From: Octopus vulgaris
Lineage: Eukaryota
Direction of reading: 5' to 3'
Length of the DNA stretch: 64,000 bases
NCBI GenBank assembly: GCA_951406725.2
Contig: OX597824.1
Span: forward strand, 66,650,001-66,714,000
Part shown: piece after piece, positions 26,746 through 41,234 of the stretch
Layout: each line of letters starts with the position of its first letter
Numbering within the stretch: the first letter of the stretch is position 1
The notes under the pieces: model-generated
Told to the model about the DNA's origin: nothing
Databases searched by the model: none
What the model saw: only the letters and a program-made list of their open reading frames with translations
Made by a program: the position numbers and the translations under genes

Positions 26746-27634
26746 ATATATATATATATTAAATTTCAGTGTATTTCTGCTGTATATGTATGTCTCAGGG
26801 TTGTTAAATGTAATAGTTCTGTGCATCTCAATGATTTATATTAAATCAATTATAGTACAAATTTTGATCCAAGATTGACATTCTTATATTCTTATACAGT
26901 TATTTTCAATGTATTCCACATACAGGTGCATGAAGTGAACTGAACTTTCTTGAGTCAAAGATAAATTTCTCAGTTGTCATCCATTCTTCTTTATGTCTTT
27001 ATAATACACTCTGAATTCTATGTGAAATCCTTTGAAATGAACACAGAATTAACCAATCAAAAGGGATACAGCTATAATTATTTATTCTAAACGATTTTAA
27101 ATGTTTACTAATATTTGATGTGGTTAAAGGTTAGGTTACCTTCTTGAGTCATGGTGACCCACAAGAACTGGTTCCTGGTTTCCATGGCATGTATGATCCC
27201 TACCTGGATTGGATTCCAGTCTGTTGTAGGGTTACTTATTTTTGCCAACTGATTGGACTGGAGCAATGTGAAACGAAGTGTTTTGCTCAAGAATATAGTG
27301 TATTGCTTGATCCAGGAAATGAAGCTACAATCTTACAATCATGAGTCCAATACCTTAACCACTAAGCCACGCACCTCCACTTTGAATGTAGTTAGCCAAA
27401 TCTGGATTTTAACAGAGTGTTAGAAGGCATCTATTTCTTCGTGGTATATATATATTTAGAGTTTGCTTCCCTGAGCAGTTTGATATATTGTACCTCCACC
27501 TTACATTTCCAGAGACTTTAGCTTTGTGTTCATCTTGAACACAGCTAAAACAGCCTTTCCATAGTCAGCAAAAATGATGCATAGAGGCAGCTTGTATTCT
27601 TTTGCTTATTCTCTAAGTTGTGTTAGAGTGAATA

Positions 27635-28157
27635 CTGTAAATCCTAGGGTATAGTCCGCCCTTGATTATAATACACTGGGGAAATTTAGGGGGCTGCACT
27701 TCTGAAAAACCTAAACCTTGTGTATAATATGCACCCCTTCTCTAACTTCAGTCGTGCGTAATTAAACCAACAGCACCTTGTCAAACAAACACTTCCGCAC
27801 ATGAGTAATACAATAATGGTGATGTTCTTAACTGTTATATGGGAATGTAAATATGTTTGCAAATTGTTTTTGTTACATGTTATTCTGTGTTCTGAATACT
27901 TTTATTTTAATAAATGTTGCTTACTGCAAGTTATGTATCATTCTTTTATCACTTCATTGCTTTCAGGCTTAGTTTAAGGTATTTTCGTGCCCGACATCAC
28001 AAAATGCGTCTGAATAAACATTGCTGGACAGCAAATAGAGACTCGGACATAGCTTAGAAAATATTTTTCATTTTTAACCTCGTGTGTCGTATGCATTAGG
28101 GATTTTGACCTTTAAATTTTGGGAAAAAAAGTGCGGATTATACTCAAGGATTTATGG
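27635..28157. mobile_element. Tc1/mariner-superfamily (pogo/Tigger-like) MITE with TA target duplication
   Basis: TA|ctgtaaatcctagggtatagtccgc ... gcggattatactcaaggatttatgg|TA. Confidence 0.85.
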
Positions 28158-28365
28158 TATGCGATCCATGGTACATTAGTTCTTAAGGAAATCAGCTTGC
28201 TCCCGAGGCTACTGGTCATTAAGATGTTTTATAGTCTGATGACGATGGCCTTTGTAAACAGCTTATAAGGGTGACACAAGAGACTTATAGTAGTTTCTTA
28301 GATCTTCTGTATCACTCTTCTTATCACCACCAGTAGGATTTCCAGTTGAGAAGGACATCAAACAA

Positions 28366-28825
28366 GGAAATACCTATTTCTTTACTACCCACAAGGGGCT
28401 AAACACAGAGGGGACAAACAAGGACAGACAAATGGATAAAGTCGATTATATCGACCCCAGTGTTTTACTGGTACTTATTTAATCGACCCCGAAAGGATGA
28501 AAGGCAAAGTGGACCTCGGCGGAATTTGAACTCAGAACGTAGCGGCAGACGAAATACTGCTAAGCATTTCGCCCGGCATGCTAAGGAAATACCTATTTCT
28601 TTACTACCCACAAGAGGCTAAACACAGAGAGGACAAACAAGGACAGACATAGGTATTAAGTCGATTACATCGACCCCAGTGCGTAACTGGTACTTAATTT
28701 ATCGACCCCGAAAGGATGAAAGGCAAAGTCGACCTCGGCGGAATTTGAACTCACAACGTAACGCAGACGAAATACCGCTAAGCATTTCGCCCGTCGTGCT
28801 AACGTTTCTGCCAGCTCGCCGCCTT
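28366..28825 (-). mobile_element. Two tandem young tRNA-SINE copies (family also at 3015, 8430, 8695, 21815, 39525, 39770, 57240)
   Basis: CpG-rich, B-box-like GAGTTCAAATTCC and central gactttgcctttcatcctttcggggtcgataaattaagtaccag domain. Confidence 0.85.
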
Positions 28826-29071
28826 CTCTCTAAAGCTCTTCACTGAATGCTTAGAAATGACCATCAGAGACATTGACTGGATAGTGGCATGAACATCAAT
28901 GGCAAGGGCAAACTACTAACACATCTCTGATTCACAGATGTCATTGTACCCATCACTGAAAGCCACACCCACACACACATGGGCACACACACATATGACT
29001 GAACTTGGAACCATGAAATTGGGAAGTAAATTTCTCAGCCATGCTGCCTTGCCTACACCTACATGTATGTA

Positions 29072-29116
<45 letters not shown>

Positions 29117-29624
29117 GTGTGTGCTTGTGTGTGTGAATTTGTGTGTGTAAGTATATTCACTGTGTGTGTCCTAGTTTTTAGAATAAATGAACACGTGGCA
29201 GCTAAAAGAATTGACATCAGAAATGGCATCCAATTGTAAAAGACATTTCCTGAAAGTCTCCCACTAACCCATCCCCTATGGATGATGATGGTGGTGGTGA
29301 TGGTAGTGGTGGTGGTAGTAGTAGAGGTGGTGGGGATAATGAGGATAATGATAGTGAGGGTGATGACAATGATGATGGTGATGGTGATGGTGATATAGGG
29401 AAGTAAATATTTTTTTATTGTTAAAATATTTTTACAACTCACAATGATAAGATCTTTTGTTCATAATTTACAGTATTAATGCCTACTGCCTACGCTGAGT
29501 ATTTGCACATACTTGGTGTGTATGTGTGTGTGTGTGTGTGTGCATGTGCACATACACACATTATATATGTTATGATACACTATACCAACCACAAAAACGA
29601 CAACAACACACCCAGCACTACATA

Positions 29625-30330
29625 TTATGAATGCAACATTCCGGATACACACAATACGATAGAATCAGAGTGTATAAAGGAGCAAAAAGAAGATTCAAAC
29701 GGATTCTAAGAGATGACGAAAACTGCATATGTCCCCTACATCACAACAAGTTCTAGAATAGGTTGGAGAGGGACACTTGATATGATAACAAGAAGCTTCA
29801 CAGTGTAATGTTTGTTGACGCTACACCTAGGAACGAATTAAGTAGGGTATTTAAGAAAATCTTGTGTACAACTGGTCTTAAGATCAAAGTTATAGAAAAG
29901 ACAGGTAGGACTATCAAATCTGTTTTAAGTAAATCAAACCCATTTGATAGAATCTCGTGTCAGAATAATTGTGCAGTATATTCTACAAACCCACATATGA
30001 ACTGCAAAAAGAAAAACACTGTATACCAGATTAAGTGCCAAGAAGGGACTTGTGTGATTATCCTAGAGTCATGTATTGGAGAGACTTCTAGGAGCATCAA
30101 TGATAGGTTTAAAGAACACCTGGATAATTACATTGAAAAAAAAAAAAAAAACCAAACACCATCTTCTATCAGCATGTTGTAGACTGCCACAATGGTTTCT
30201 TAGGGAGACTTAGGTAAGACATCTTATCTACACATCTCACTGATGCAATGCTGAGACAAGTCACTGAAGCTGTCTGTATACAGGTATACAAATCCACCCA
30301 CAACCATAAATCAGAATGGGGTAACACCCA
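29625..30330 (+). mobile_element. Penelope-like element linker + GIY-YIG endonuclease relic
   Basis: MFVDATP...KVIEKTGRTIKSVLSKSNPF...C..C...VYQIKC...CIGETSRSINDRFKEH...AMLRQVTEAV...KSEWG. Confidence 0.85.
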
Positions 30331-30923
30331 GATTCCACTTGGGAGTACTCAGCTATAATCATCTCTTCCTCTCATTTACATGTAGAAATCCATACATACA
30401 TATTGAGATGCATGATACTGAAATACATATATGTAGTTATATATAACTGTATGAGTGTACATAGATTAATATGTATGTACACATGTGTAGATGTATGTGT
30501 GTGTATGTGTGTGTGTTGTGTGAGAATATGTGTATATGAGTGTGTAGATGCATGCATGTATGAGTATGTGTGTAGATATATGTATATATTAAGTATATAT
30601 TTATATGTATGTATGCACATATATATGTAAATAAAAATTAAAAAATATGTATGTATGTATACAACCTTTGACAGAGTAACAGTACATAAACATACGTTCA
30701 CATATACATACACATATACACACACACATATATATATATATGTGTTGTGTGTGTGTGTGTGTATAGATATATGAAACACACATGTATGTATGTATGTATA
30801 TAGATAAGTCCCAATGCATGAAACTCTTGGCCTGTGGCTTCAACCTATTATTGATAAAAATGTATATATACTCATGTTTTGAGTTTTATTTTCCTGTTTA
30901 CATCACCAAACCTATGTGTGTGT

Positions 30924-30997
<74 letters not shown>

Positions 30998-31000
<3 letters not shown>

Positions 31001-31965
31001 GCATGATCTCGGCATTGTCAGAAAATTTGGAGAATGGCTACACGACTTTCTGAAAGATAGACATCAGGCAGTGGTGGCCAATAGAGCTACCTCAAAGGAA
31101 GTACTAATAGTGAGTGATGTTCCATGGGCACTGTCTTAGGTCCACTACTATTTATAGAGGCCATCTCAGACATGCCCTCAGCTGCTCAGATAGCCACCCT
31201 TGTTAGCTATGCAGATGAATCAAAAGTCTCTCAGACATTACTAAACCCTGGAAATATTGCCTGTCTGCAATGGGAGTTGAACACAATATATATGTAGGCT
31301 GAAGGCAACGACATGCAGTTTAATGCAGGAAAATTCCAAGCCCTGCACTGCTAGCACACAAAGGATACACTGCAATCCCTCAATCAAAATCAATGTGTGA
31401 CCTGGGCATTGGCATGAGCAATGATGCATCTTTGCAGATGCATATTAGTAATTTGGTAATAAAATGCAGATGGCTAGCTGGATGGATCCTCTGAACTTTC
31501 AAAATGAGAGAAAAGGAAACTATGATGGCCCTTTGGAGGACATACATCCTCAGGTGCTTGGACTACTGCTCCCATCTATGGTCAGCACACAGTACAAAAT
31601 AAACGGTGGAACTCAAAGCAATCCAACAAAGCTACACAAAGAAAATCATCTCAATGCAACATATCAGCTCCTGGGAAAAGCTGAAAGAGTTAAAACTTTT
31701 CTCCCTGGAGTGAAGGCAGAAAAGATATGCAGTGATATACATCTGGAAAATCCTGGAAGACCTTGTACCTAACTTTGGCATTGAAAGTTACACAAACAGC
31801 AGACTACCAAAGATCCCAACATTACCATCAAAATATAGGATCATATACTGCAACAGCTTGAGTTTCAAGGGCCCACAGCTCTTCAATATCTTTCCAAAAT
31901 GCCTGAGAGACCTGCATGCTGTGAATGTAGGTGTCTTCAAAACAAAACTGGATCTCCTCCTGTCA
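30998..31965 (+). mobile_element. CR1-clade LINE RT and 3' region relic
   Basis: EWLHDFLKDRHQAVV...SDVP/GTVLGPLLF...VSYADESKV...IYIWKILEDLVPN...GPQLFNIFPKCLRDL; stops and frameshifts. Confidence 0.85.
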
Positions 31966-32097
31966 CGAAACACAGATGATGGCAACAGCATCAAACTTCC
32001 TCATTCAGAGGAGGTTTCAAATAATGGTGTAGCACAGCCAACGGTGGTGCCCTAGCATGACTGCAGCTTTAAATCTGAAGCAACTTAAAGATTTACA

Positions 32098-32191
<94 letters not shown>

Positions 32192-32394
32192 AATTATAAT
32201 TATTTGAGGGAATATTATTCCTAACTTACAAGGAAAAATTCAGTTTAGAAATACTAAATAAAATTTCACAAAATATAATATATATATATATATATATATA
32301 AGTTAGAAAAAATCACCTTTTAACAATTTAAAATGAACAAAATTACATGGTGTAATTTAATCGTTCATTTTGAATTGATAAAGGGTAGTTTTTC

Positions 32395-32456
<62 letters not shown>

Positions 32457-32841
32457 GTATGTATGTATGTATGTATGTATGTATGTATGTATGTATGTAT
32501 GTATGTGTGTGCGCACGTGTGTGTGTGTGTGTAGAAGGTTGAAAAGGAACACATGAGTCGATATGTATAAGGAAGATAAGACAAGGAAGAAAATGCTAAA
32601 ATAATTTAATCATGAGAAACATTTTAGTACCAGTTTCACTCATTGCAACTTTTTCAACCTAGAGTAAAGTATAAAAACAATTAAATTGTTTGAGAACCTA
32701 TGTGCTAAATGATAATGATGATGATGAATCTGCAGAAGTTACAGATTGGCTCACGTGGCAAAAATTCCAAGCATTCAGACTCATATATATAATATTTATT
32801 ACACACATACACACACATACATATATACATATATATGTATA

Positions 32842-32900
<59 letters not shown>

Positions 32901-32984
32901 TTGTATGTATGTATGTATGTATGTATATATTTATATATACATATGTATGTATTTAGCTGGATGGTACCTCTCAAGCACACCCAC

Positions 32985-33355
32985 GAAATCACCAATCATC
33001 TTCATCCTTTGTCATTTCCTCTGTGAGGCTCAACATCTCGGGATCATTTCTCACCATTTTATCCCACGTTTTCCTGAGTCTTCCTCTTCCCCATATTCCC
33101 TCCACATTTAGAGATTGGCACTTCTTTATACAGCTGTTCTTGCTCATACACATCACATGATCATACCAGCACAGCTGTCTCTGTCCCACACTTCACCTGA
33201 TGCCTCTTATATCTAATTTTTCTCTCAAAACATATGCACTCTATTATACATGCATACTGACATTGCATATCCAGTGGTGCATAGTGACTTCATTTTTTCG
33301 CATGTCCTCTGTAGTCACAGCCCATATTTTGCTGCCATATGCAAACCCTACCACA
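32985..33355 (-). mobile_element. RTE LINE 3' fragment
   Basis: [17 protein letters not shown]...WICNV...WYDHVM...GRGRLRKTW; homologous to 48930-49270. Confidence 0.85.
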
Positions 33356-33362
33356 GCTGATA

Positions 33363-33420
<58 letters not shown>

Positions 33421-33689
33421 AACGGGCAACAGGTTGTATGTATGTATATACATATATATGTATATATGTATGTGTGTGTATGTGTGTAATAAATATTATA
33501 TATATGAGTCTGAATGCTTGGAATTTTTGCTACGTGAGCCAATCTGTTGCCTGTCCCTTTTTCTTATATACAATATATATACTGAACTTTACAGAAGTTC
33601 CTGCCGGTAATCGGCTATATTTACATACCGAATTCTACCAGTAAATAATTGTTTTTTTTTAAAAGCCTTTATAGAAATTATTTACTCTT

Positions 33690-33754
<65 letters not shown>

Positions 33755-34037
33755 CAGCAAAATTTTAGATTCAAATGAATATGGTACTTAATTTAGATGC
33801 ACCAGAATTTTGTATGGTGTTATCCATAAAAATTTGTGGGGTGATTATAATCAAAATAACCAACAAAAATGACTCTGGTAATTTGGTACAATCGTTTCGT
33901 ACTACATCATTTTATTAAATGTTGTAAGTATTACAACAGATCTTAAATCTCTTGTAATACTTACAACATTTAATAAAATGATGTAGTACGAAACGATTGT
34001 ACCAAATTACCGGAGTCATTCTTGTAGCTTATTTTGA

Positions 34038-34100
<63 letters not shown>

Positions 34101-34867
34101 CATTTCTGGGTCATTCAACAAACTACTGTCATGGCACTCCACATTCTTCTTCTTCTTCTTCTTCTTCTTCTTCTTCTTCTTCTTCTTCTTCTTCTTCTTC
34201 TTCTTCTTCTTTCTTCTTCTTCTTCTTCTTCTTCTTCTTCTTCTTCTTCTTCTTCTTCTTCTTCTTCTTCTTCTTCTTTTTCTTCTTCCTCTTCCTCCCT
34301 GCCAAGAATTCACAACAACCTCAAACCCACAAGAGTAAACAAGAGAGACAGAGACAGGCAGAAATAAGGAAAATGCCACTTGTATTTGAACACTGAACAA
34401 ATATTCTTTTAAAAAAACGTTTCTTTTAATTTTTCCAAATTTAATTGTTTTCCATACTTACAGTTGAAAAAATCTCAATGACTGAAACCGGTACTGAAAT
34501 GTTTTTTATAAAATTACTCTAGCATTTTCTATTTTGACTTTTTTTTTCATATATATATATATATTAAAAATGGGGAAGGCTGGTTTATGGGATTACCTTA
34601 GGTTTCTCATTCATAAAGGGTTTAGTTGTATGACATATATTACATACTCACACACACACACACACACACACTTATATATGTATATATGCATATGTATGTA
34701 TATTTTACTCACAAGGTATTGGAACCTTATATGTATACCATTCTGCCTAAATAATGGATCTACAAATGCAATATCCCAGCATATTTCACATCTATTTTCA
34801 TTCCTCTACTTCACTCTTATTTCGTATCTTATCTAAATTAAGTATTTCTTAACCATTTTCTCACACC

Positions 34868-34915
34868 GTCTCCAATGAAGGAATATAATAAATATCCTGG
34901 AAACAGCTGTAAGAC
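34868..34915 (+). ncRNA. Minimal type I hammerhead ribozyme relic with palindromic stem III
   Basis: gtct-CCAATGA-aggaatat...atatcct-g-GAAA-cagctg-TA-agac. Confidence 0.6.
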
Positions 34916-35150
34916 CTTCTATTTATGAATGTTCTAAAATCCTCACAGCCTTAGTTTTTTTATCTCATTCTAAAAACATTTTTTTTATATGTACATACAC
35001 TGATATATGACCTACGTTGGACTCCTTATTTGCATAATCACCGAACCTGGAGCTTAACTATGGTCTATCCATAGCACTTGCTCTGCATTACCGGACACCT
35101 TTGAGTCTTACTGACACCATTAACTCTCATAACCTCTACATGTATCTATA

Positions 35151-35245
<95 letters not shown>

Positions 35246-35716
35246 TACATACACACACACATCAATACACACATACATATACACTGTCCAACTACAAACA
35301 CCACATCTGAACATAAAATCATTCCCACCTCACAGCATGCACCTATTCTACTATGCCAATCTCCTCTTGTCTCTAGATTAAAAGCAAACCAGTGGTTGTA
35401 ACCTGATACACATAGGACTATCTGCTACTAAATAGATAGCAAGTCTCATCAATCTGGTGTCCTTTACCAGATTTTGATTTATTGTCTCTTGTCAAGAGAA
35501 AACAAGACAATTATGTAAGAGAGAAAGGGAAAATTGCTCATGGAAAAATAATGGACACAAAGCACGAGAATCTAAAAGACTATACTGAAATATGAGAGAA
35601 GCAAAATGTCAAATTGCTGTTTTGAATAAAATTTGTGTTAGACACTTTAACAATTTTACATTAGTGTAATTATATATATACATTTATGTATAAATACATA
35701 CATATACATACATACA

Positions 35717-35752
<36 letters not shown>

Positions 35753-35796
35753 TATTATATATATGTATGTACATGATGTAAATACATACATACATA

Positions 35797-35832
<36 letters not shown>

Positions 35833-36013
35833 ATTAATAATACAATAATTGTTTCTTGTCAGGAACAAAAAAAGTTTAATAGGACTGCTATAGAAGTGCT
35901 CTATTGGAAGAGACAAAAATATCAAACTAAAATCATTGAACAAGCAAATTCAAGGTCATCCGCATATCATTTCATAATTCGAACATTTTATTATAGAATA
36001 AACATATAACCCG

Positions 36014-36044
36014 CAAGATGGAACAAAATTCATATATATAGCAC

Positions 36045-36077
<33 letters not shown>

Positions 36078-36166
36078 TGGTGCGAGAAAAATTCTTATCA
36101 TTAAAAATTTAGAATTAATATTTTAGCGATTGGAACAAGATGGAACAAAATTCATATATATAGCAC

Positions 36167-36199
<33 letters not shown>

Positions 36200-36253
36200 T
36201 GGTGCGAGAAAAATTCTTATCATTAAAAATTTAGAATTAATATTTTAGCGATT
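36014..36253 (+). repeat. Apparently exact 118-bp tandem duplication (period 122) next to the PLE RT
   Basis: caagatggaacaaaattc...(aat)n...ttttagcgatt twice. Confidence 0.9.
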
Positions 36254-36267
36254 CAAAGAGAATACAT

Positions 36268-36820
36268 TTATAAAAGGACGTAGAAAGTAAAAATCTCTTC
36301 GTTCGCAGATAAATTGGATATTCTAGTTGAAATTGCAGTTATGATACTATCTATTGTGGATTTCGGATGATTGGATGACACATTGATATATGCTATCGAT
36401 TTATTAGACTTATGAAAGGGATAATATAGACCGGTATTAAGACACAAGGTAACGTCCAAGAAGTTTACCACCCTAGAGTTACTGTCGTAGATGATATCAA
36501 GATTTAAAAAATCCTTCAAAAAGCTTCTCAACGACTTCTTTAATCTGTTTAATTCGGTCTTAGAGAGGCCCCGCACGGCAAAGAGGGCATCATCCCTATA
36601 TAATCCACCAGTAAAGTTAGGAAAGCTTTTCCTAACTTCCGAGAGTAGATACAAGCCAACCAAGTCAGTCACCTGCGCGGAATCTGATGACCCCATGGTA
36701 ATATCAAAGAAATTTTCTCAGTCGGCTCTTTGCCATTCACTCTCATTATAGGAGACAAGTGTTTCTCTTGCCGCTAAAATTACCTCTAAATCCGACTTAG
36801 GTATCTCAACAAACCTTCTT
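36268..36820 (-). mobile_element. Penelope-like element reverse transcriptase relic
   Basis: FDITMGSSDSAQVTDLVGLYLL...GLYRDDAL...VNFLDVTLCL...YINVSSNHP...ISTRISNLS. Confidence 0.92.
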
Positions 36821-37099
36821 GATGTGGTTGTTCCATGGTAGATCATCACAGTTTTCTTTACAAATTTTAGTACATTTCAGATTGTGATTCTCAAAGTCAC
36901 TGGTGTGAACAAATATTTTCCAAGCTATGCCTGATACTTTTAAGTTTATGGGGCTTGAAAATTAAGGAAGTGTTATATACATATATGATGCATCATAGAA
37001 TAAATACATAAAACATAACAAATACCACAGTTAATATAATCTAATAATCTTATATTTAAGAAACATGAAAATTACAAAATACTATTTGTTTTCTTTCCT

Positions 37100-38400
37100 T
37101 TGTAGCAACGTATTCCCTTACAGCTTCCTTGCAATATCATTTTATAGAGACAATATGCATAAAGAATTTAAGCACTCTTCAGTCATGGTTGATCAAAATT
37201 TATTCTTTATAAGGGAAAGCTTTGAGAAATTCCTTTATGTTTCACAGCTCGTGATAGGCATTGTCAAGTACAGCTGAAGTGCAGTTGTAATATTAGGAAA
37301 CATTTCAATTAATTATTGCTGAGAAATAAGCTGATGAACTTCTGTGCATTGCATTTTAGATGGTGTATTTTCTTCTGTATTCTGGGATTTCCTAAGGTGT
37401 AAATACTCTTTGAATTAGAACTTCTATCCTAAATTTTTCAACCCCTTTCAAAGAAGCCTTATCACTTGCTCCATCTGCAAATTTCTTTGTAACAATGCGT
37501 TCGGAAACATCAGAATAATTGGAGGTGATATTTTTATTTTCCTGTAGTTTCAGCTCAGAGCTGCGCCCATGCTCATGCACCACCGTTTTTTATTCACATA
37601 AACCTTTTACAACTGATTCATAGTTTACAATCCCGTTGGCTGAATTTTCTTGTAGCTCTTTAACAAATGAAAGCAAAGATGCTAGCAGAAGGTAACCTTC
37701 AAATACATCAGAACCAGGGGTTTGGAGTTTCTTGTTTTGTTAAAATGCTCCTTAACTTCTTCCCAAACGACTGTTGAAACAGCATATTCCAGTTTTACCA
37801 ACTTATGGTATTAATTCTTTGCATCTTGCTTACATTTAGGCTTCTCTTCTGAGTCTTCAAACATATGTTTGAGAGTTTCTAAAATATCCTTATATCAATT
37901 TTTAATTGCTGGGACTGCTTCATAATGTACAAGACCATCTAGTTACACTTAAGCTGTTTCGAGAAAAGGCTAGATTGCCCTGTGTGTTTAAAATACCCCA
38001 TCTTTGAGGAGATTCAGAAAAGAAAACATACTGCTCCTGCAAGATGCCAAAATAGTCAACAACTTCAGGTACAGTAGACACTGCCTTTTACCAAACAAGG
38101 TTGAGTGAATGGCTTGCACATGGTACATTGTCTGCATACCTGTTAATGTTTTTAAGCAGTGCTTGCAGCCCTTTCTCCAGGTCCTTCATGTTGGAAGCAT
38201 TATCATACAACTGACCATGGATATTTTCAAGGCAGTCTGCTTCAATCTGCTGAAAGTGTTCAAAGCTAATCAAGAAATATTGTTTTTCATTTTGATTTGA
38301 TGACAGGGGATAAAACGTGGGTGTAACTTTGTGATATTGAAACAAGGGTTCAGTCCTTGGAATAATGTCACCACTCTTTTTTTAAAGCCTCCTTAACTAT
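37100..38400 (-). mobile_element. hAT transposase relic
   Basis: GQLYDNASNM...VPCASHSLNLV, FFSESPQRW and C-terminal dimerisation motif FPNITTALQLYLTMPITSCE..RNFSKL. Confidence 0.9.
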
Positions 38401-40099
38401 ATGGAGAAATGTGACCCCCGAGCCATATTTGAAGGTGTTGTGAGTCAGAAAAGCTATTTTAGTTATCGCATTGTAGCACAGTGGTGTTATAGCAACTCCA
38501 ACCAATCAGGGCTGGACACGTATTAATACCAAAAGCATTTCTCTACCCAAGAAGAGTTAAGCAGATGTTTTAATGAGTTAACAGAAAGACAGCACCCACT
38601 ACAGAAAGACTGCACCCACTACACTCACGGAAGGGTTGGCATTAGGAAGGGCATCGAGCTGTAGAAACACTGCCAGATCAGACTGGAGCCTGGTGCAGCC
38701 TCCAGGCTTCCAGATGTCCAACCCATGCTAACATGGAAAACAAACATTAAATGATGATGATGATGATGATAACAGCAGTCCAGCAACATCAGTTGTCTAG
38801 TATGGGAACAACCCCTTTGTTTTTCAGCACCAACTTCACACTGCTAGTTCTGAATTATATCAGCCCTCAACTCTGGCCATATCATGAGCAGTATATTTTT
38901 GTTTACACTAGCTCTGTTTCTGTTAGCTTGTAACAACCTCTAACTGAATCTCTTTTGCAAACATAAGTTATAAATCTTTCCCTGATTCAAGCACATACAC
39001 TGGCCACACTCATATTACTTGTTATCTTTAGTTATCCTTTAATAAATTAAGATATTAATAAATTAAGATATAAAATGCCTTCTGATATTTTCATTACACG
39101 CACTTCTCAAAAGCTCACTTACAGGACCTCTCTATGAACACTTTCACTTAAGTGGTGAACCTTTACCAACATTCTCTCTATAAAGGCAACTCATCTAGTA
39201 GAATGATGGAAATTCTAAACAAATCCAACAGAATGTGAAGGAGTTAATAACAAAGGCAACCGCTTTGGACAGCAATAAATCTGAAGAATGTAGACCTTAG
39301 TCTTGTCAGGGACAACCTCTTTAAGTTTGGTAGTACAATAAGATGCACCTAGTTTATATTAAGAATGGTTTATATTAAGAAAGATATCCAGTTGCAAAAG
39401 TCTCACTGCAATGAAAGGTGTGAACAGGGATAACATATGCTGGAGGATATTTTTTTGTTCTTATCAAAGATAACTTCTCTTGTGTCAGTAGAAATATGAA
39501 GAATAATAAGATATTAATAATAAATAAGGTGGGGAGCTGGCAGAATTATTAACACACTGGGGAAAATGCTTAGCTATATTTTGCCCATCACTATGTTGAG
39601 TTCAAATTCCACTGAGGTTGACTTTGCCTTTCATCCTTTCGGGGTCGATAAATTAAGTATCAGTGAAACTCTGGGGTTGATGTAATCAACTTGTCCCCTC
39701 CCCCACAATTTCAGGCCTTGTGCCTATAGTAGAAAGGATTATACTTATTATTACTAAAGTGGAAATTTTGCATAAGTCTTAGCATACCAGTCAAAATACT
39801 AAATACAAAGTACTTAGTAGCATTTCTTCTGGGTTTTGCATCTTCTTTTCAAATGCCACTGGGATCAACTTTGCCTTTCTTCCTTTTGAGGTTAATAAAA
39901 TATGAACCAGTTGAGCACTGGGGTCAATTTAATTGACTTAGCTGCTCCCCTGAAATTGTTGGCCTAATATTTATGTCAGCTGCTTTAGTGCAAGAACTGT
40001 TTATTTACTTAAACTATATCCCTGTGCTGGATGCTCATGTGGTATTATTCCTGAATAAGATCACTCAATGGCAAAAGTCAAGTCAACTTCATGTACTTA

Positions 40100-41234
40100 C
40101 AATCACATGAATTCAAAATTTGGCTTTAGTGTGGTAGAGTTCACACTAGGGTACCACACACAGTGGCATATCACATTACGAATAATGGTGTCTAGTTTCC
40201 TTACATTTCTCTTTTGTTTTACATACTGTGCATCTCTGAAATATTTGTTTTCTTGGTGGTGGGGGAAAACAGTCGTGGAAAATGTCCATGTCTCTTCACC
40301 ATGCAGTGAGGAGAGAATCTGGCATGAGGACATCCATGCATTCTGTACTTTGGTAGGTCTGATACTTCTATCATTTCACAGAACAATAGATTCCTGAATG
40401 TAAATCCATCCCCAACACTGCCAAATCAAAGAAAGGTCTCGATGTGTCTGGATCTTGATTCTGATATGACACCAGGGTTACAATGCCCAACAGTATCAGT
40501 AGGGCAAGCAGAACTTTGATTTTGTCCTCTGTGGTTGGAAGCCAATCACCACCATGCCTGGGTCTGATGTGCAGGGAATGGTTTTGAGTATAGTCATTCA
40601 TTTCATCTGCTATAAATTGGAACATTTCATCCATCAAAAACTTGTGGAAGATTTCCACTGGCAAACTTCCATATTCAAGGTTTGCTTTTATGCCAGGTAA
40701 ACTAGTAGACCCAAGTGATCAGATGATATTGTCTCTTGCTCACCACATGACATTCTGTTGTCCAGGTCTATTCACTGCTGCCTGTCTGTATCTTTGATTC
40801 ACTGGAATATCATCATCGCTATGAGAATCATCTGATTCTGAACTAGGAAAATACTCACCCTCTGAGTCATCATCCAAACCAAAAGAAACAACTGGTGTGG
40901 TGGTGGAGTTTGGTGTAGCTTGGCGTAATGACAATAAATTTGATGAAACAGGATGCAATGATGAAGTTGATGGAGCTGGAGTGGTAGGATGCGACGATCA
41001 TAAATTCGATGAAACAAAACGCAATGATGAAATTGACAGAGCTGGAGTGGCAGGACCAGACTATCAGGTTGTAAATATTTACCTGAAACATCTAATCAGC
41101 CTAATAGGTTGGCAGGTCGACTGATACTAACTCAGGTTACAGGTTCTAAGTCAGGTGGTGTATAATTACGTCAACCGATTTAAAGCATGTACATTGTGTG
41201 TGTAAATTTACATAAACTGTTTTAAAAGGGTTAA
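40100..41234 (-). mobile_element. piggyBac relic with internal deletion
   Basis: TTAA|CCCTTT terminus at 41234-41225; acidic N-terminus; PVEIFHKFL..EMFQFIADEMN.Y...W.PTT..KIKVLLALLILLGIV; Cys-rich C-terminal remnant at ~40120-40240. Confidence 0.85.

Larger units (their letters stand above)
27400..28960 (-). mobile_element. Old RTE-clade LINE RT relic, split by a MITE and a tandem SINE
   Basis: EDLRNY...PREQADF...TMDRIFTLTQL..EYKLPLCIIFADYGKA; removing the MITE restores MDRIFTLTQL in frame. Confidence 0.75.
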
